A stretch of DNA of 64,000 nucleotides, taken from sequence record NC_061450.1, one strand, 5' to 3'. Below, piece after piece: positions 36,333 to 44,017 of the stretch. Made by a program: the position numbers and the translations under genes. Position 1 is the first letter of the stretch. Each line of letters begins with the position of its first letter. Below the pieces are notes generated by a model that saw only the letters and a list, made by a program, of their open reading frames with translations, did not search any database and was not told where the DNA came from.

Positions 36333-36776
36333 ATGAGCAAGCAATTAAAGTTTGATGAACGGCGTAAGGCAGTTGTTCAACTCAGTGCATGGTTCACGAT
36401 GACTGAGGAAAATCTCAAGGCGTTTGGTGATTGCGCTCACGAACACAGATACAGTAATGCCCGTGAGCATCAGGCACATCTGGGCATGTTGCAAATGAAT
36501 GTCCACCGTACAATGCACAGTGAAGGCATGACGGACGAAAGTGGCCTGTGCGCTTGTCTAACTTTTACCGAAATCACCAGCACAGGCACCCGTGCAGAAA
36601 TCCTGCTGTTCTCTGATATGACGGATATGGGTGGCTTCCGCGCTGACTACTGCCACATGCAGGACTTGCTGCGCCGTGTTGCTGATGAGAACGGATTTAA
36701 ATACTCCTCACTCTGGACATTCGTCGCTCCTGAGTACCGTAAAGACACAGAGTTCATGGAGTTGCTAGATGCCTAA
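36333..36776 (+). CDS. hypothetical protein
   Basis: AAGGAG SD. Confidence 0.8.
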   Translation: MSKQLKFDERRKAVVQLSAWFTMTEENLKAFGDCAHEHRYSNAREHQAHLGMLQMNVHRTMHSEGMTDESGLCACLTFTEITSTGTRAEILLFSDMTDMGGFRADYCHMQDLLRRVADENGFKYSSLWTFVAPEYRKDTEFMELLDA

Positions 36777-37107
36777 AGTATTGCACATTGGTCAGTTCGG
36801 TATTCATCTAACGCAGCCTGAGCCAACCGCTGATCGCGTTAACGATATGCGCCTGAACAGCAAGCGTGTTGGTGAGCTGGTGGGATTTCTCAATGAGCGT
36901 ATTGTGGAGAAGACGTTTGGAGGAACATCCTCTCCAACTGTCACATGGCGGGAAGTCATTGGCGTACAGAGTTTTATCTACGGTGAACTCTATGTTTACG
37001 CCGAAGGCTTGCCTGAAAATGCCTGTGCTGCTGCTATCTCCGCAGTCCAAAGCGTGTGCAATCAATTCCAGTGCACCATGAAGTTCGAGCAGTTACACAA
37101 GTTTTAA
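36769..37107 (+). CDS. hypothetical protein
   Basis: GGAG SD. Confidence 0.75.
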   Translation: MPKVLHIGQFGIHLTQPEPTADRVNDMRLNSKRVGELVGFLNERIVEKTFGGTSSPTVTWREVIGVQSFIYGELYVYAEGLPENACAAAISAVQSVCNQFQCTMKFEQLHKF

Positions 37108-37133
37108 TCTTTTCTTCTCAGACAGGAGGTTGT

Positions 37134-37577
37134 ATGAATGACCAGATGGCTAGTGCTGTTGTGGAGATACGTGCGGTTACCCGCGAACCGGAATCAATCG
37201 ACAGTGTGACGGACATGCACCACGTTGTTATCTCTATGCATGAACGCATCGTTGAAAGCTCTTACGTGGTTCGCTGTACTTTGTCTGGCGTGTCCAGCAA
37301 GGGTCACCAGATAGCTTGCATCGTTAACGTCCGACCAATCGGCATCAAGCCTGAGGCTGAATTGCAGTATATGTTGCGTCGTGTTTGTCGTCATTTGAAA
37401 CGCATGGCCAATGAAAGAAATCTCGGCTTCACCGTCAGTCATTCAACTTATGATCTCTTTGTCGCACAGGAACACAAAAATGTCAAAGAAAGAAAATCGC
37501 CAAAAGCTCCACGCGCTAATCGTCGCGAACATTCCACTCACACAACATTTGCTGCGGGAGTCCTTGCAGGAATCTGA
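37134..37577 (+). CDS. hypothetical protein
   Basis: AGGAGG SD. Confidence 0.75.
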   Translation: MNDQMASAVVEIRAVTREPESIDSVTDMHHVVISMHERIVESSYVVRCTLSGVSSKGHQIACIVNVRPIGIKPEAELQYMLRRVCRHLKRMANERNLGFTVSHSTYDLFVAQEHKNVKERKSPKAPRANRREHSTHTTFAAGVLAGI

Positions 37578-37929
37578 GCAGGATGATGTAGCCGACATTG
37601 CACTCACCTTAGATCAGGGCCGTGCAGTGTTTCGCTTGACTGGTGAGCCAGGCATGATCGCTAACTCGTTTGAAGTCAAACTCTCCTGGAGCGAGAAGCA
37701 GGCCTATCGAATGAAGGTCAAGCCTCACAAGTACCTGCGTGAGAAAGTCAAAGAGACCGTCAAGCTGGCCAGTGACCGCACGTGGGGTGAGCATGATGAC
37801 TCGTATGGCTTTAAGCAGGACAAGAAGCTGTATAGTCGCGTCAGGGAAGAGCTGGTGGACAGTATGCTGCGTGCTTTTGTTAGTGACCGTGTCCGTACAT
37901 TGTTTAAGGAGTTTAATGATGGAATTTAA
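37480..37929 (+). CDS. hypothetical protein
   Basis: AGGA SD; 98-nt overlap with the upstream ORF. Confidence 0.7.
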   Translation: MSKKENRQKLHALIVANIPLTQHLLRESLQESEQDDVADIALTLDQGRAVFRLTGEPGMIANSFEVKLSWSEKQAYRMKVKPHKYLREKVKETVKLASDRTWGEHDDSYGFKQDKKLYSRVREELVDSMLRAFVSDRVRTLFKEFNDGI

Positions 37930-38197
37930 AGACCTGCCGTTGAAAGTTCAAGTCATTGTCATGATGATGCACAGCATCGGTGTTTTGGAATCACTGTGTG
38001 AGTCGCAGAATCTGACTCAAAAGGATTTTGAAAACGTGGTTGCCGAAACTTACGCCGCCATAGGTGTTGAGGCCGACTATATGAAGCAACTCATTGATGG
38101 CCTGACTGCGGAAGAAGAACGGCTGATGAATGACTACCTCGATGATCACAACATGGAAGTTGAAGAAGACAACAGCAACGAACCAAAGGTACATTAA
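37919..38197 (+). CDS. hypothetical acidic protein
   Basis: AAGGAG SD. Confidence 0.75.
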   Translation: MEFKDLPLKVQVIVMMMHSIGVLESLCESQNLTQKDFENVVAETYAAIGVEADYMKQLIDGLTAEEERLMNDYLDDHNMEVEEDNSNEPKVH

Positions 38198-39180
38198 TGA
38201 AACATGTTTCTCTTCCCAAGCACGACGATACCACACGCGCTCTGTTGATTGATGGCCCAGTTTACGAAGGCTGGCTGATCTACGTTCCTTGCCGTTTGTC
38301 CAATGACAGAGAGCTGCAAATTCCCGTTGCATCCCGTGAGGGGTATGGTATTCACACTCGCAAGCAACCTATTCTCTTAATACCCGCACACGCCAAACCA
38401 GAACTAGCCATTGCTACTTTGCAGATACGTCGCATAGTGCATACCAAGAACTTGATGGAAGATACACCTCACTGCCATATCGATGATGCCGTTGCGATTG
38501 ACCTGACAAGCTACCGCGCAGGCTTGGGAGAAGCAAGCACGCGCACAGGACGATTCGCATATGTCTGGCCTCATGGGCGTGAGAAAAGTTTAGCGACAGG
38601 ACGCGCTATTCATGAACTGCGAATCGGAGCAGAATCCATTCACCATCCTGAGCTTGATGCAATTGAGCAGGCAGATATGGACGCTGCCCAGGCGGAACTT
38701 GATTTGCACAAGAGCTGGAAGAAGTTGTATTGTGACCACATCACAGGGCGCCTGACTATCGTGCTGCCTGGGATCGACACTGTTACAACCTATGCAGGCC
38801 AAGACTTGGATGAAATGCCCTTGGTATACTGCAAGTATATGCACACCGGTGCGGGTCGTGGACTAAACTCCGATGCCTTTAGTACCGACTATGCCGCCAA
38901 GCTGGCTCCAGTACGCCACGAGCTTATTCAGTTTATTGAAATGCTGAGTGGCATGTCCGCGATGGTAAGCAATGATATCGAGTTTACCTATGACGGCGCC
39001 ACTCCTTCGATCACGTTCAAGCACAAGGACAAACGTCTTGACCTGCGCGTTAACGATCTGCCTATGATTGGCCGCTTCCTTGTAGTTGACCCAAGCAAGG
39101 AAGATTTCGATAGCATGTTGACGACGTATGAAACCCTGACTCTGGCTATTAACTCAATCACCACGAGGTTGACACAATGA
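38197..39180 (+). CDS. hypothetical protein
   Basis: 327 aa; TAATG coupling. Confidence 0.85.
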   Translation: MKHVSLPKHDDTTRALLIDGPVYEGWLIYVPCRLSNDRELQIPVASREGYGIHTRKQPILLIPAHAKPELAIATLQIRRIVHTKNLMEDTPHCHIDDAVAIDLTSYRAGLGEASTRTGRFAYVWPHGREKSLATGRAIHELRIGAESIHHPELDAIEQADMDAAQAELDLHKSWKKLYCDHITGRLTIVLPGIDTVTTYAGQDLDEMPLVYCKYMHTGAGRGLNSDAFSTDYAAKLAPVRHELIQFIEMLSGMSAMVSNDIEFTYDGATPSITFKHKDKRLDLRVNDLPMIGRFLVVDPSKEDFDSMLTTYETLTLAINSITTRLTQ

Positions 39181-39563
39181 AAACTTATGACCCACGTTCA
39201 AAGCTGATTCGTACCAATAAGTCTGGACAAGCGCTGGTGGACGTTGCAGTGGGTGAAGACACCCAGACGGTTGCTTTTACCGTACCCAACGTTGTTATCG
39301 TTGCTGCTGTTGGTGAGTCGAGTAGTTGGTCCGGTCAGAAGTTCGATGGCTATGCTTACCTGCCAAATGCCGAAGCACTTAACGCATTTCGTGCGCATCT
39401 TGAAAAGACCAAGACGTATGAGGAGTATTCGTTTATCGTTGACGTAAGCCTCAAAGCTATCACGTCAGAGGGGATTGAGGTCATGCGTAGCAAGCTCACA
39501 GAATGCCCAGATCGTCCATGGCTGTGGGTAAACACTGATTTCTCATGCAAGCTGTGGGACTAA
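39177..39563 (+). CDS. hypothetical protein
   Basis: GAGG SD. Confidence 0.8.
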   Translation: MKTYDPRSKLIRTNKSGQALVDVAVGEDTQTVAFTVPNVVIVAAVGESSSWSGQKFDGYAYLPNAEALNAFRAHLEKTKTYEEYSFIVDVSLKAITSEGIEVMRSKLTECPDRPWLWVNTDFSCKLWD

Positions 39564-39569
39564 AAGCTG

Positions 39570-39621
39570 CAAATTGCTGGTCAAAATAGCTGTTGAACAA
39601 AAAGCTGTGTTTTGATAGAAT
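39570..39621 (+). promoter_or_regulatory. sigma70-type early promoter with upstream element
   Basis: CAAAT-TGC-TGGTCAAAAT; -35 TTGAAC 39593; 17 nt; TGa-TAGAAT 39616. Confidence 0.8.
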
Positions 39622-39652
39622 AGTAGTGGGAGGGCATTCAGCCTTCTCACTA

Positions 39653-40161
39653 TACAACGTCTGAGGAGACGCACAGTGACTCGAATGAATGAACGCCAGA
39701 AACACGAAGCACGTAATTCAGACCCATACGATTGGCACAACCTGGAAATTGATATCACCAAGCTGTTGTTGCTTGCCGAAGATAAAAGAAAGTCTGTGGT
39801 ATTTGCACCGATGAACTTATTTCCCAAGTTCACCGAGTACAACAATCTAGGCTACGTGTTGCACCAGCTCAATGATTTTCGTCTGAGTTCTTTAATGACT
39901 GAAAATGAGCGAATCAAAGGTCACTGGATTGCGACTGACGGTGATCATCTGGACTACGTTATTTTTCTGCGTCTGCCAGATGCAAACACCGAAGTAGATG
40001 TGTTTGACCCGCGTGACAGAGAGTTGGTCAAGGGGCGTATGCTTTCTCCTACCTTCCTGTGTATGCCTGAGAACTTCGATCTGTTTAAAACAGAAAGCCG
40101 CTAAACATCCGATGCCTGCTTATGCGGGCATTATCAAGTACAACGTCTGAGGAGACGCACA
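39653..40161 (+). repeat. 23-bp identical translation-initiation leader x2
   Basis: TACAACGTCTGAGGAGACGCACA at 39653-39675 and 40139-40161. Confidence 0.9.
39676..40104 (+). CDS. hypothetical early protein
   Basis: GAGGAG SD; GTG start. Confidence 0.8.
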   Translation: MTRMNERQKHEARNSDPYDWHNLEIDITKLLLLAEDKRKSVVFAPMNLFPKFTEYNNLGYVLHQLNDFRLSSLMTENERIKGHWIATDGDHLDYVIFLRLPDANTEVDVFDPRDRELVKGRMLSPTFLCMPENFDLFKTESR

Positions 40162-40671
40162 ATGAGTGAGACTATGAACCACCAGTTTGATGACGAGTCG
40201 CAAGTTGCAATCAACACCGCTGTTCAGGAGGTGCGCAACATTCTTGCCGAGACACCTGTGGCTCCAATTGATATCGCAATTGCAGGTGCTCGTGTTTATC
40301 TGACAGTTGCCGAGCATCTTGGTGGTCACCCGCTTGATGTGCGTTTCGTACATGACAACAAAATTGTTAGCATGGCAATGCGTGTTACTACCGTGCCTAG
40401 TGACCAAGAGTTCGAAGCCAACGGCATTAACATCGAACATCAAAAGATGTTGACGATGGCTATCATGGATGGATTCGACAAGGCTGTTGAACTGGAAGTC
40501 ATCAGCGGTTATGAGCAGGGCGCGATGTTTGTTGCTGCCTTGCGTGTGTTGTATATGGGATTGGTTGAAGACCCAAGTGTTAAGGAACTTAGATTCCGAC
40601 ACAGCCAGAAAAACAACGTGATCAACATTTTAAATCCTGCCAGAGGAAACTCCGAAAATGAGAACGGTTAA
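40162..40671 (+). CDS. hypothetical early protein
   Basis: GAGGAG SD. Confidence 0.8.
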   Translation: MSETMNHQFDDESQVAINTAVQEVRNILAETPVAPIDIAIAGARVYLTVAEHLGGHPLDVRFVHDNKIVSMAMRVTTVPSDQEFEANGINIEHQKMLTMAIMDGFDKAVELEVISGYEQGAMFVAALRVLYMGLVEDPSVKELRFRHSQKNNVINILNPARGNSENENG

Positions 40672-40846
40672 CGATATTATCAAGGTGCTGAAAGAGCAGC
40701 GAGTAGTTACCATCCCACAGAGTCAGAGCAGCATTGTTCCTGACCTGTGCTTCACACTTGACGTGTGGTGCATTCCTCACCGTCGTCGTGATGTAGACAG
40801 CTTACAACATGGCCGTCAGGTGCGTATTGAACTGCGGAATAGTTAA
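40658..40846 (+). CDS. hypothetical protein
   Basis: GAGGA SD. Confidence 0.65.
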   Translation: MRTVNDIIKVLKEQRVVTIPQSQSSIVPDLCFTLDVWCIPHRRRDVDSLQHGRQVRIELRNS

Positions 40847-40854
40847 GCAGCGTT

Positions 40855-40881
40855 TGGCCCAGCAATTTGGGCCATTCTTTT
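40855..40881 (+). terminator. intrinsic terminator
   Basis: TGGCCCA-GCAATT-TGGGCCA-TTCTTTT. Confidence 0.65.
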
Positions 40882-40934
40882 AAGTGTTGTTCAAGACAGC
40901 ATTTAGACGAATATTAACCTGCTATCAGAATCTA

Positions 40935-40986
40935 CAAATACGTGGACAAAAGACGCGTTGTATCACGTTACTGATTGTGAGATAAT
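40935..40986 (+). promoter_or_regulatory. sigma70-type early promoter with upstream element, not followed by an ORF
   Basis: CAAAT-ACG-TGGACAAAAG; -35 TTGTAT 40958; 17 nt; TGa-GATAAT 40981. Confidence 0.75.
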
Positions 40987-40991
40987 AGACG

Positions 40992-41089
40992 TGCAGTATG
41001 AGACGTGAGGAATCGTACTGTAATTGACTGACAACTCTTTGGGCGTACAATCGGCCATCAACATTCCTGTGATTGTACGCTCCTTTTTC
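40992..41089 (+). ncRNA. candidate ~97-nt small RNA
   Basis: Own promoter; 10-bp stem TGCAGTATGA/TCGTACTGTA with 2 G.U pairs; 12-bp terminator stem GGGCGTACAATC/GATTGTACGCTC plus CTTTTT. Confidence 0.55.
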
Positions 41090-41200
41090 AAGTGGCTTTG
41101 AAGTTTAAGGCTACTTGCGAAAGGGTTCGATACCCTTTGAGCGCTGCCGGATTTACGCGGTTTTCACCGACAGTGCTCTCATGCTAAACCGCAAAGGAAA
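41089..41200 (+). ncRNA. structured leader or ncRNA with T-loop hairpin
   Basis: CAAGTGGCTTT/AAGGCTACTTG (2 G.U); AAAGGG-TTCGATA-CCCTTT; GAGCGCTG/CAGTGCTC; alternative GCGGTTT/AAACCGC next to the SD. Confidence 0.5.
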
Positions 41201-41205
41201 TAACC

Positions 41206-41778
41206 ATGCCAGAATTACGCAAGCCTCGTCCAGCAGATAAATTCTCTCAGGCACGCGCTGCAAAGAACTCTCCTGAAAGGCAAGAAGCCGCTGCGCAAAA
41301 GAAAATCTCACGCGGGCCTAAAGCATCTGGTCCTCGTCGCAATGCTATGCAGTTAGAATCGCCGACTAAGATTCGCGATGAAGAACGTGTGTTGAATCTT
41401 GTGCTGTTTATTCTACGCGGCTGGAAACAAGCAAAGGCTGATAGTGAAGCCAGCGCCTCACAGGGCATTATCAAAGTGAGTCGCAAGGAAATTGAAATCG
41501 CATTGCGTGATCTTAAAAACACGCGCTTCACTAAAATCCCGACGTTGATTAATGACGTGCTGGTCTATAACGAAATCGTTGCCGAGTTCGGACAGTGGGT
41601 GTATGTCGAGCACGACCATCCAGACTGGATGTTCATCTTAACGCCTCCGAGTGAGACGTTGGTAACGCGCTGCCGCATTCGTCGCAACAAAGAGACAGGC
41701 GACCTGACGCAACTTATTGCAAGTGAAGCGTTGCTGCCTGTAGAGGACGAATATGAAGAAGACGAGGAGAAAGAATAA
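41206..41778 (+). CDS. hypothetical protein with Arg/Lys-rich N-terminal arm and acidic tail
   Basis: AAAGGA SD; MPELRKPRPADK..KKISRGPKASGPRRN. Confidence 0.85.
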   Translation: MPELRKPRPADKFSQARAAKNSPERQEAAAQKKISRGPKASGPRRNAMQLESPTKIRDEERVLNLVLFILRGWKQAKADSEASASQGIIKVSRKEIEIALRDLKNTRFTKIPTLINDVLVYNEIVAEFGQWVYVEHDHPDWMFILTPPSETLVTRCRIRRNKETGDLTQLIASEALLPVEDEYEEDEEKE

Positions 41779-42068
41779 TGACTATTCAAACTCCTGCTGT
41801 TGTTGCTGAGTCGCTGGTGCATAACGCCCAAAATTATTTTGGGATCAAAGGTAAGTCCTGTACGCGATTTTCAACGACAGAGAAAAACATTCTGTTGCTG
41901 AGTGGTCATAATCGCTATCTTCCTGACGACTATGTTGACCAGCTCAAGCGTTCTTTTCACGATATTGATTGGCTGATGTTTAAAGTTGGCACTGACGACT
42001 ATGCTTTTTTAAGTCTCAGTCAAACCAAAAACTGGTCGCGTCTGTCAATGAAATATCTCGATAAATAA
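41778..42068 (+). CDS. hypothetical protein
   Basis: GAGGAG SD; TAATG coupling. Confidence 0.8.
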   Translation: MTIQTPAVVAESLVHNAQNYFGIKGKSCTRFSTTEKNILLLSGHNRYLPDDYVDQLKRSFHDIDWLMFKVGTDDYAFLSLSQTKNWSRLSMKYLDK

Positions 42069-42080
42069 TTCCTGACAAAT

Positions 42081-42305
42081 AAGAGGGCATCGCATCAGGT
42101 GCCACGATTATAAACTGCAAGCGATTTGCTGGCCCCTGTGCTTACCCACATCCCCCAAGATACAGAGTTGCATTGGGTGCCGGCTCTTTTTTGAAGTGTT
42201 CTGCGAGAGAGCGCTTCACAAAGGTATAGTCCATGATTGTTTCACTTAGACTGCTTATCGTCTCTATGTCCGATGATACGCGTGGCGATAAGCAGTCACT
42301 TTTTT
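42081..42305 (+). ncRNA. candidate structured ncRNA with C-rich loop
   Basis: Nested AAGAG/CTCTT, GGCATC/GGTGCC, TGCAA/TTGCA, CTGTG/TACAG around loop CTTACCCACATCCCCCAAGA; then an 11-bp GCGA-capped hairpin (2 G.U) and a 12-bp perfect terminator stem plus T-run. Confidence 0.5.
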
Positions 42306-42334
42306 ACAGAGCATCAACCAGTCTGTGTTCTGTG

Positions 42335-42386
42335 CAAAAGCGTGGTCAAAATAGCTGTTGTGTTTGACCAGTCTTTATCGTACCAT
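42335..42386 (+). promoter_or_regulatory. sigma70-type early promoter with upstream element
   Basis: CAAAA-GCG-TGGTCAAAAT; -35 TTGTGT 42358; 17 nt; TACCAT 42381. Confidence 0.7.
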
Positions 42387-42446
42387 ATAAACAGTTGAGC
42401 AATAGTGCTCAACACATTGCATATACTAATACTGAGGAGTATTAAC

Positions 42447-43955
42447 ATGGCTCGTATCGAAACTTCTACTAACCTGATTGGCAAAACTATCACTCTGCTG
42501 GACGGCACCAAAGCTAAAATCACTGGCGCCATCGCTAGTGGTTATCAGCACGACAAAGGCACCAAGCGCATCCCAACCCGTTGCGTCGTTAAGAAAGGCA
42601 GTGGTTTTGCTGAAATCGAAAAGCTGCCTATGTCGCAACTGACTGACACTGGCGAAGGTTATGTTGAGCGTAAAGCAACCGCTGCCAAGCCTGCTGCTAA
42701 AACTTCGAAAGCAGCCAAGACCACTAAGGTGGCCGCTAAAACTCCGCGTGCTGCTAAAACTGAAAAAGCCGTCAAGCCTTCTCGCAAGGCAAAAGCTGCC
42801 GAAGAGCCTGCCGAGCCACGCACTCGCGTTCGTCGTAAAAAATCAGCCGCTGCTGAGCCTGTAATGATTCAGGCAGTCGATGAAGATTTTGCTACCTCTC
42901 TGGCGCAGCGCCTGTTTGAGCACCTGAAAGATAACGAACTGTTGCGCCTCAACACTGACAACGCAACGCCTGTAGCTAACGACTACGATCTGAAATACGG
43001 CGTAGAGTTCGCTGAGCCGAACATGATTCACGTCACGCTGGGCATCGAATACGCCATGCCGCAGCCTGAGCCAGAAGCTGGCACTGACGTAGAGCTGGAC
43101 GATGCAGTTGTTGCGCGTGCTGCTAAGAAAGTCGGCAAGACTGTTGGCAAGAAACTTGCCGCAGCGATCAAGAAAGCGTATGGCATCCCTGCTGCTGAGT
43201 TCCTGCCGGGCACCGTGCTGTCACTCAACGAAGCCCAGTTCATCTACTGCGGCCCGTCGAAAGATGATGCAGACACTGCGTATCTGTACAGCGCCGAAAC
43301 TGATAAGTTCCGTCCTGTGACTTCTGTCAATCTGTCCAAGTATGAGCTGGTCATGGACGATGAAGAGGCAGAAGAGGAAGAGGAAGAGGAAGAAGAGGAC
43401 GAAGAAGAAGAGGACGTCGCTGATGATTCTTCCGATGAATATACCTACGTCTCTGTGACTAAGCAGCATCTGGCAGACGTTAGCAAAAGCGTGACCGCCA
43501 AGTATCACCAGAAGATGGCTGATATGTGGGGCATCGATGCAGACGTGCTGGTCCCTGGTCTGGTACTGTCAGATGGCGAAACAACATTCGCATACGTCGG
43601 CTTCAACAGCAAAGGCGCGTTAATCGTTATCGACCCAGAAGATGGCGAACTGATGATCTACAAGAAAGCCGACGTTGACACGCTGACCGACTTCGCTGCT
43701 GTTATCGGCGATGAGGGCGAAGAAGAAGCAGAAGACGACGCCGAAGAAGAAGAAGATGGCGACGACGAAGAAGAGGAAGAGGAAGAAGAGGAAGGCGAAG
43801 ACGACGACTTTGATTTCTCTGATGACGACAACGAAGACTTCTCTGACCTGAACCACGACGAGCTGGTGGACAAAGTGACTGAGCTGGGTCTGGCCAAGCC
43901 ACGCGCTGCTGCTAAAATGTCAGAAGAAGACCTGCGCGAACTTCTGTCTAACTAA
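42447..43955 (+). CDS. multidomain protein with K/A-rich linker, two poly-acidic tracts and HeH-like C-terminus
   Basis: GAGGAG SD; composition; paralogous to 44018. Confidence 0.85.
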   Translation: MARIETSTNLIGKTITLLDGTKAKITGAIASGYQHDKGTKRIPTRCVVKKGSGFAEIEKLPMSQLTDTGEGYVERKATAAKPAAKTSKAAKTTKVAAKTPRAAKTEKAVKPSRKAKAAEEPAEPRTRVRRKKSAAAEPVMIQAVDEDFATSLAQRLFEHLKDNELLRLNTDNATPVANDYDLKYGVEFAEPNMIHVTLGIEYAMPQPEPEAGTDVELDDAVVARAAKKVGKTVGKKLAAAIKKAYGIPAAEFLPGTVLSLNEAQFIYCGPSKDDADTAYLYSAETDKFRPVTSVNLSKYELVMDDEEAEEEEEEEEEDEEEEDVADDSSDEYTYVSVTKQHLADVSKSVTAKYHQKMADMWGIDADVLVPGLVLSDGETTFAYVGFNSKGALIVIDPEDGELMIYKKADVDTLTDFAAVIGDEGEEEAEDDAEEEEDGDDEEEEEEEEEGEDDDFDFSDDDNEDFSDLNHDELVDKVTELGLAKPRAAAKMSEEDLRELLSN

Positions 43956-44017
43956 TCGAACAACCGGGCGCCCGCCGCAGGGCGCTTAACTCATTTCATA
44001 TTCTGGAGACTTACGAT

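Noticed and set aside
37480-37577. Programmed frameshift joining 37134 and 37480
   Set aside because: The 98-nt overlap has no clear X XXY YYZ slippery heptamer, and 37480 has its own AGGA SD
41089-41180. Possible tRNA gene (GGGTTCGATACCC)
   Set aside because: Only a T-arm is present; no acceptor stem closing a cloverleaf, no D or anticodon arm, no CCA. Kept only as a T-loop RNA candidate
42233-42367. 44-codon ORF MIVSLRLLIV... with a weak AAGGT SD
   Set aside because: Runs through a terminator hairpin and a promoter; more parsimoniously non-coding, though a leader peptide is not excluded
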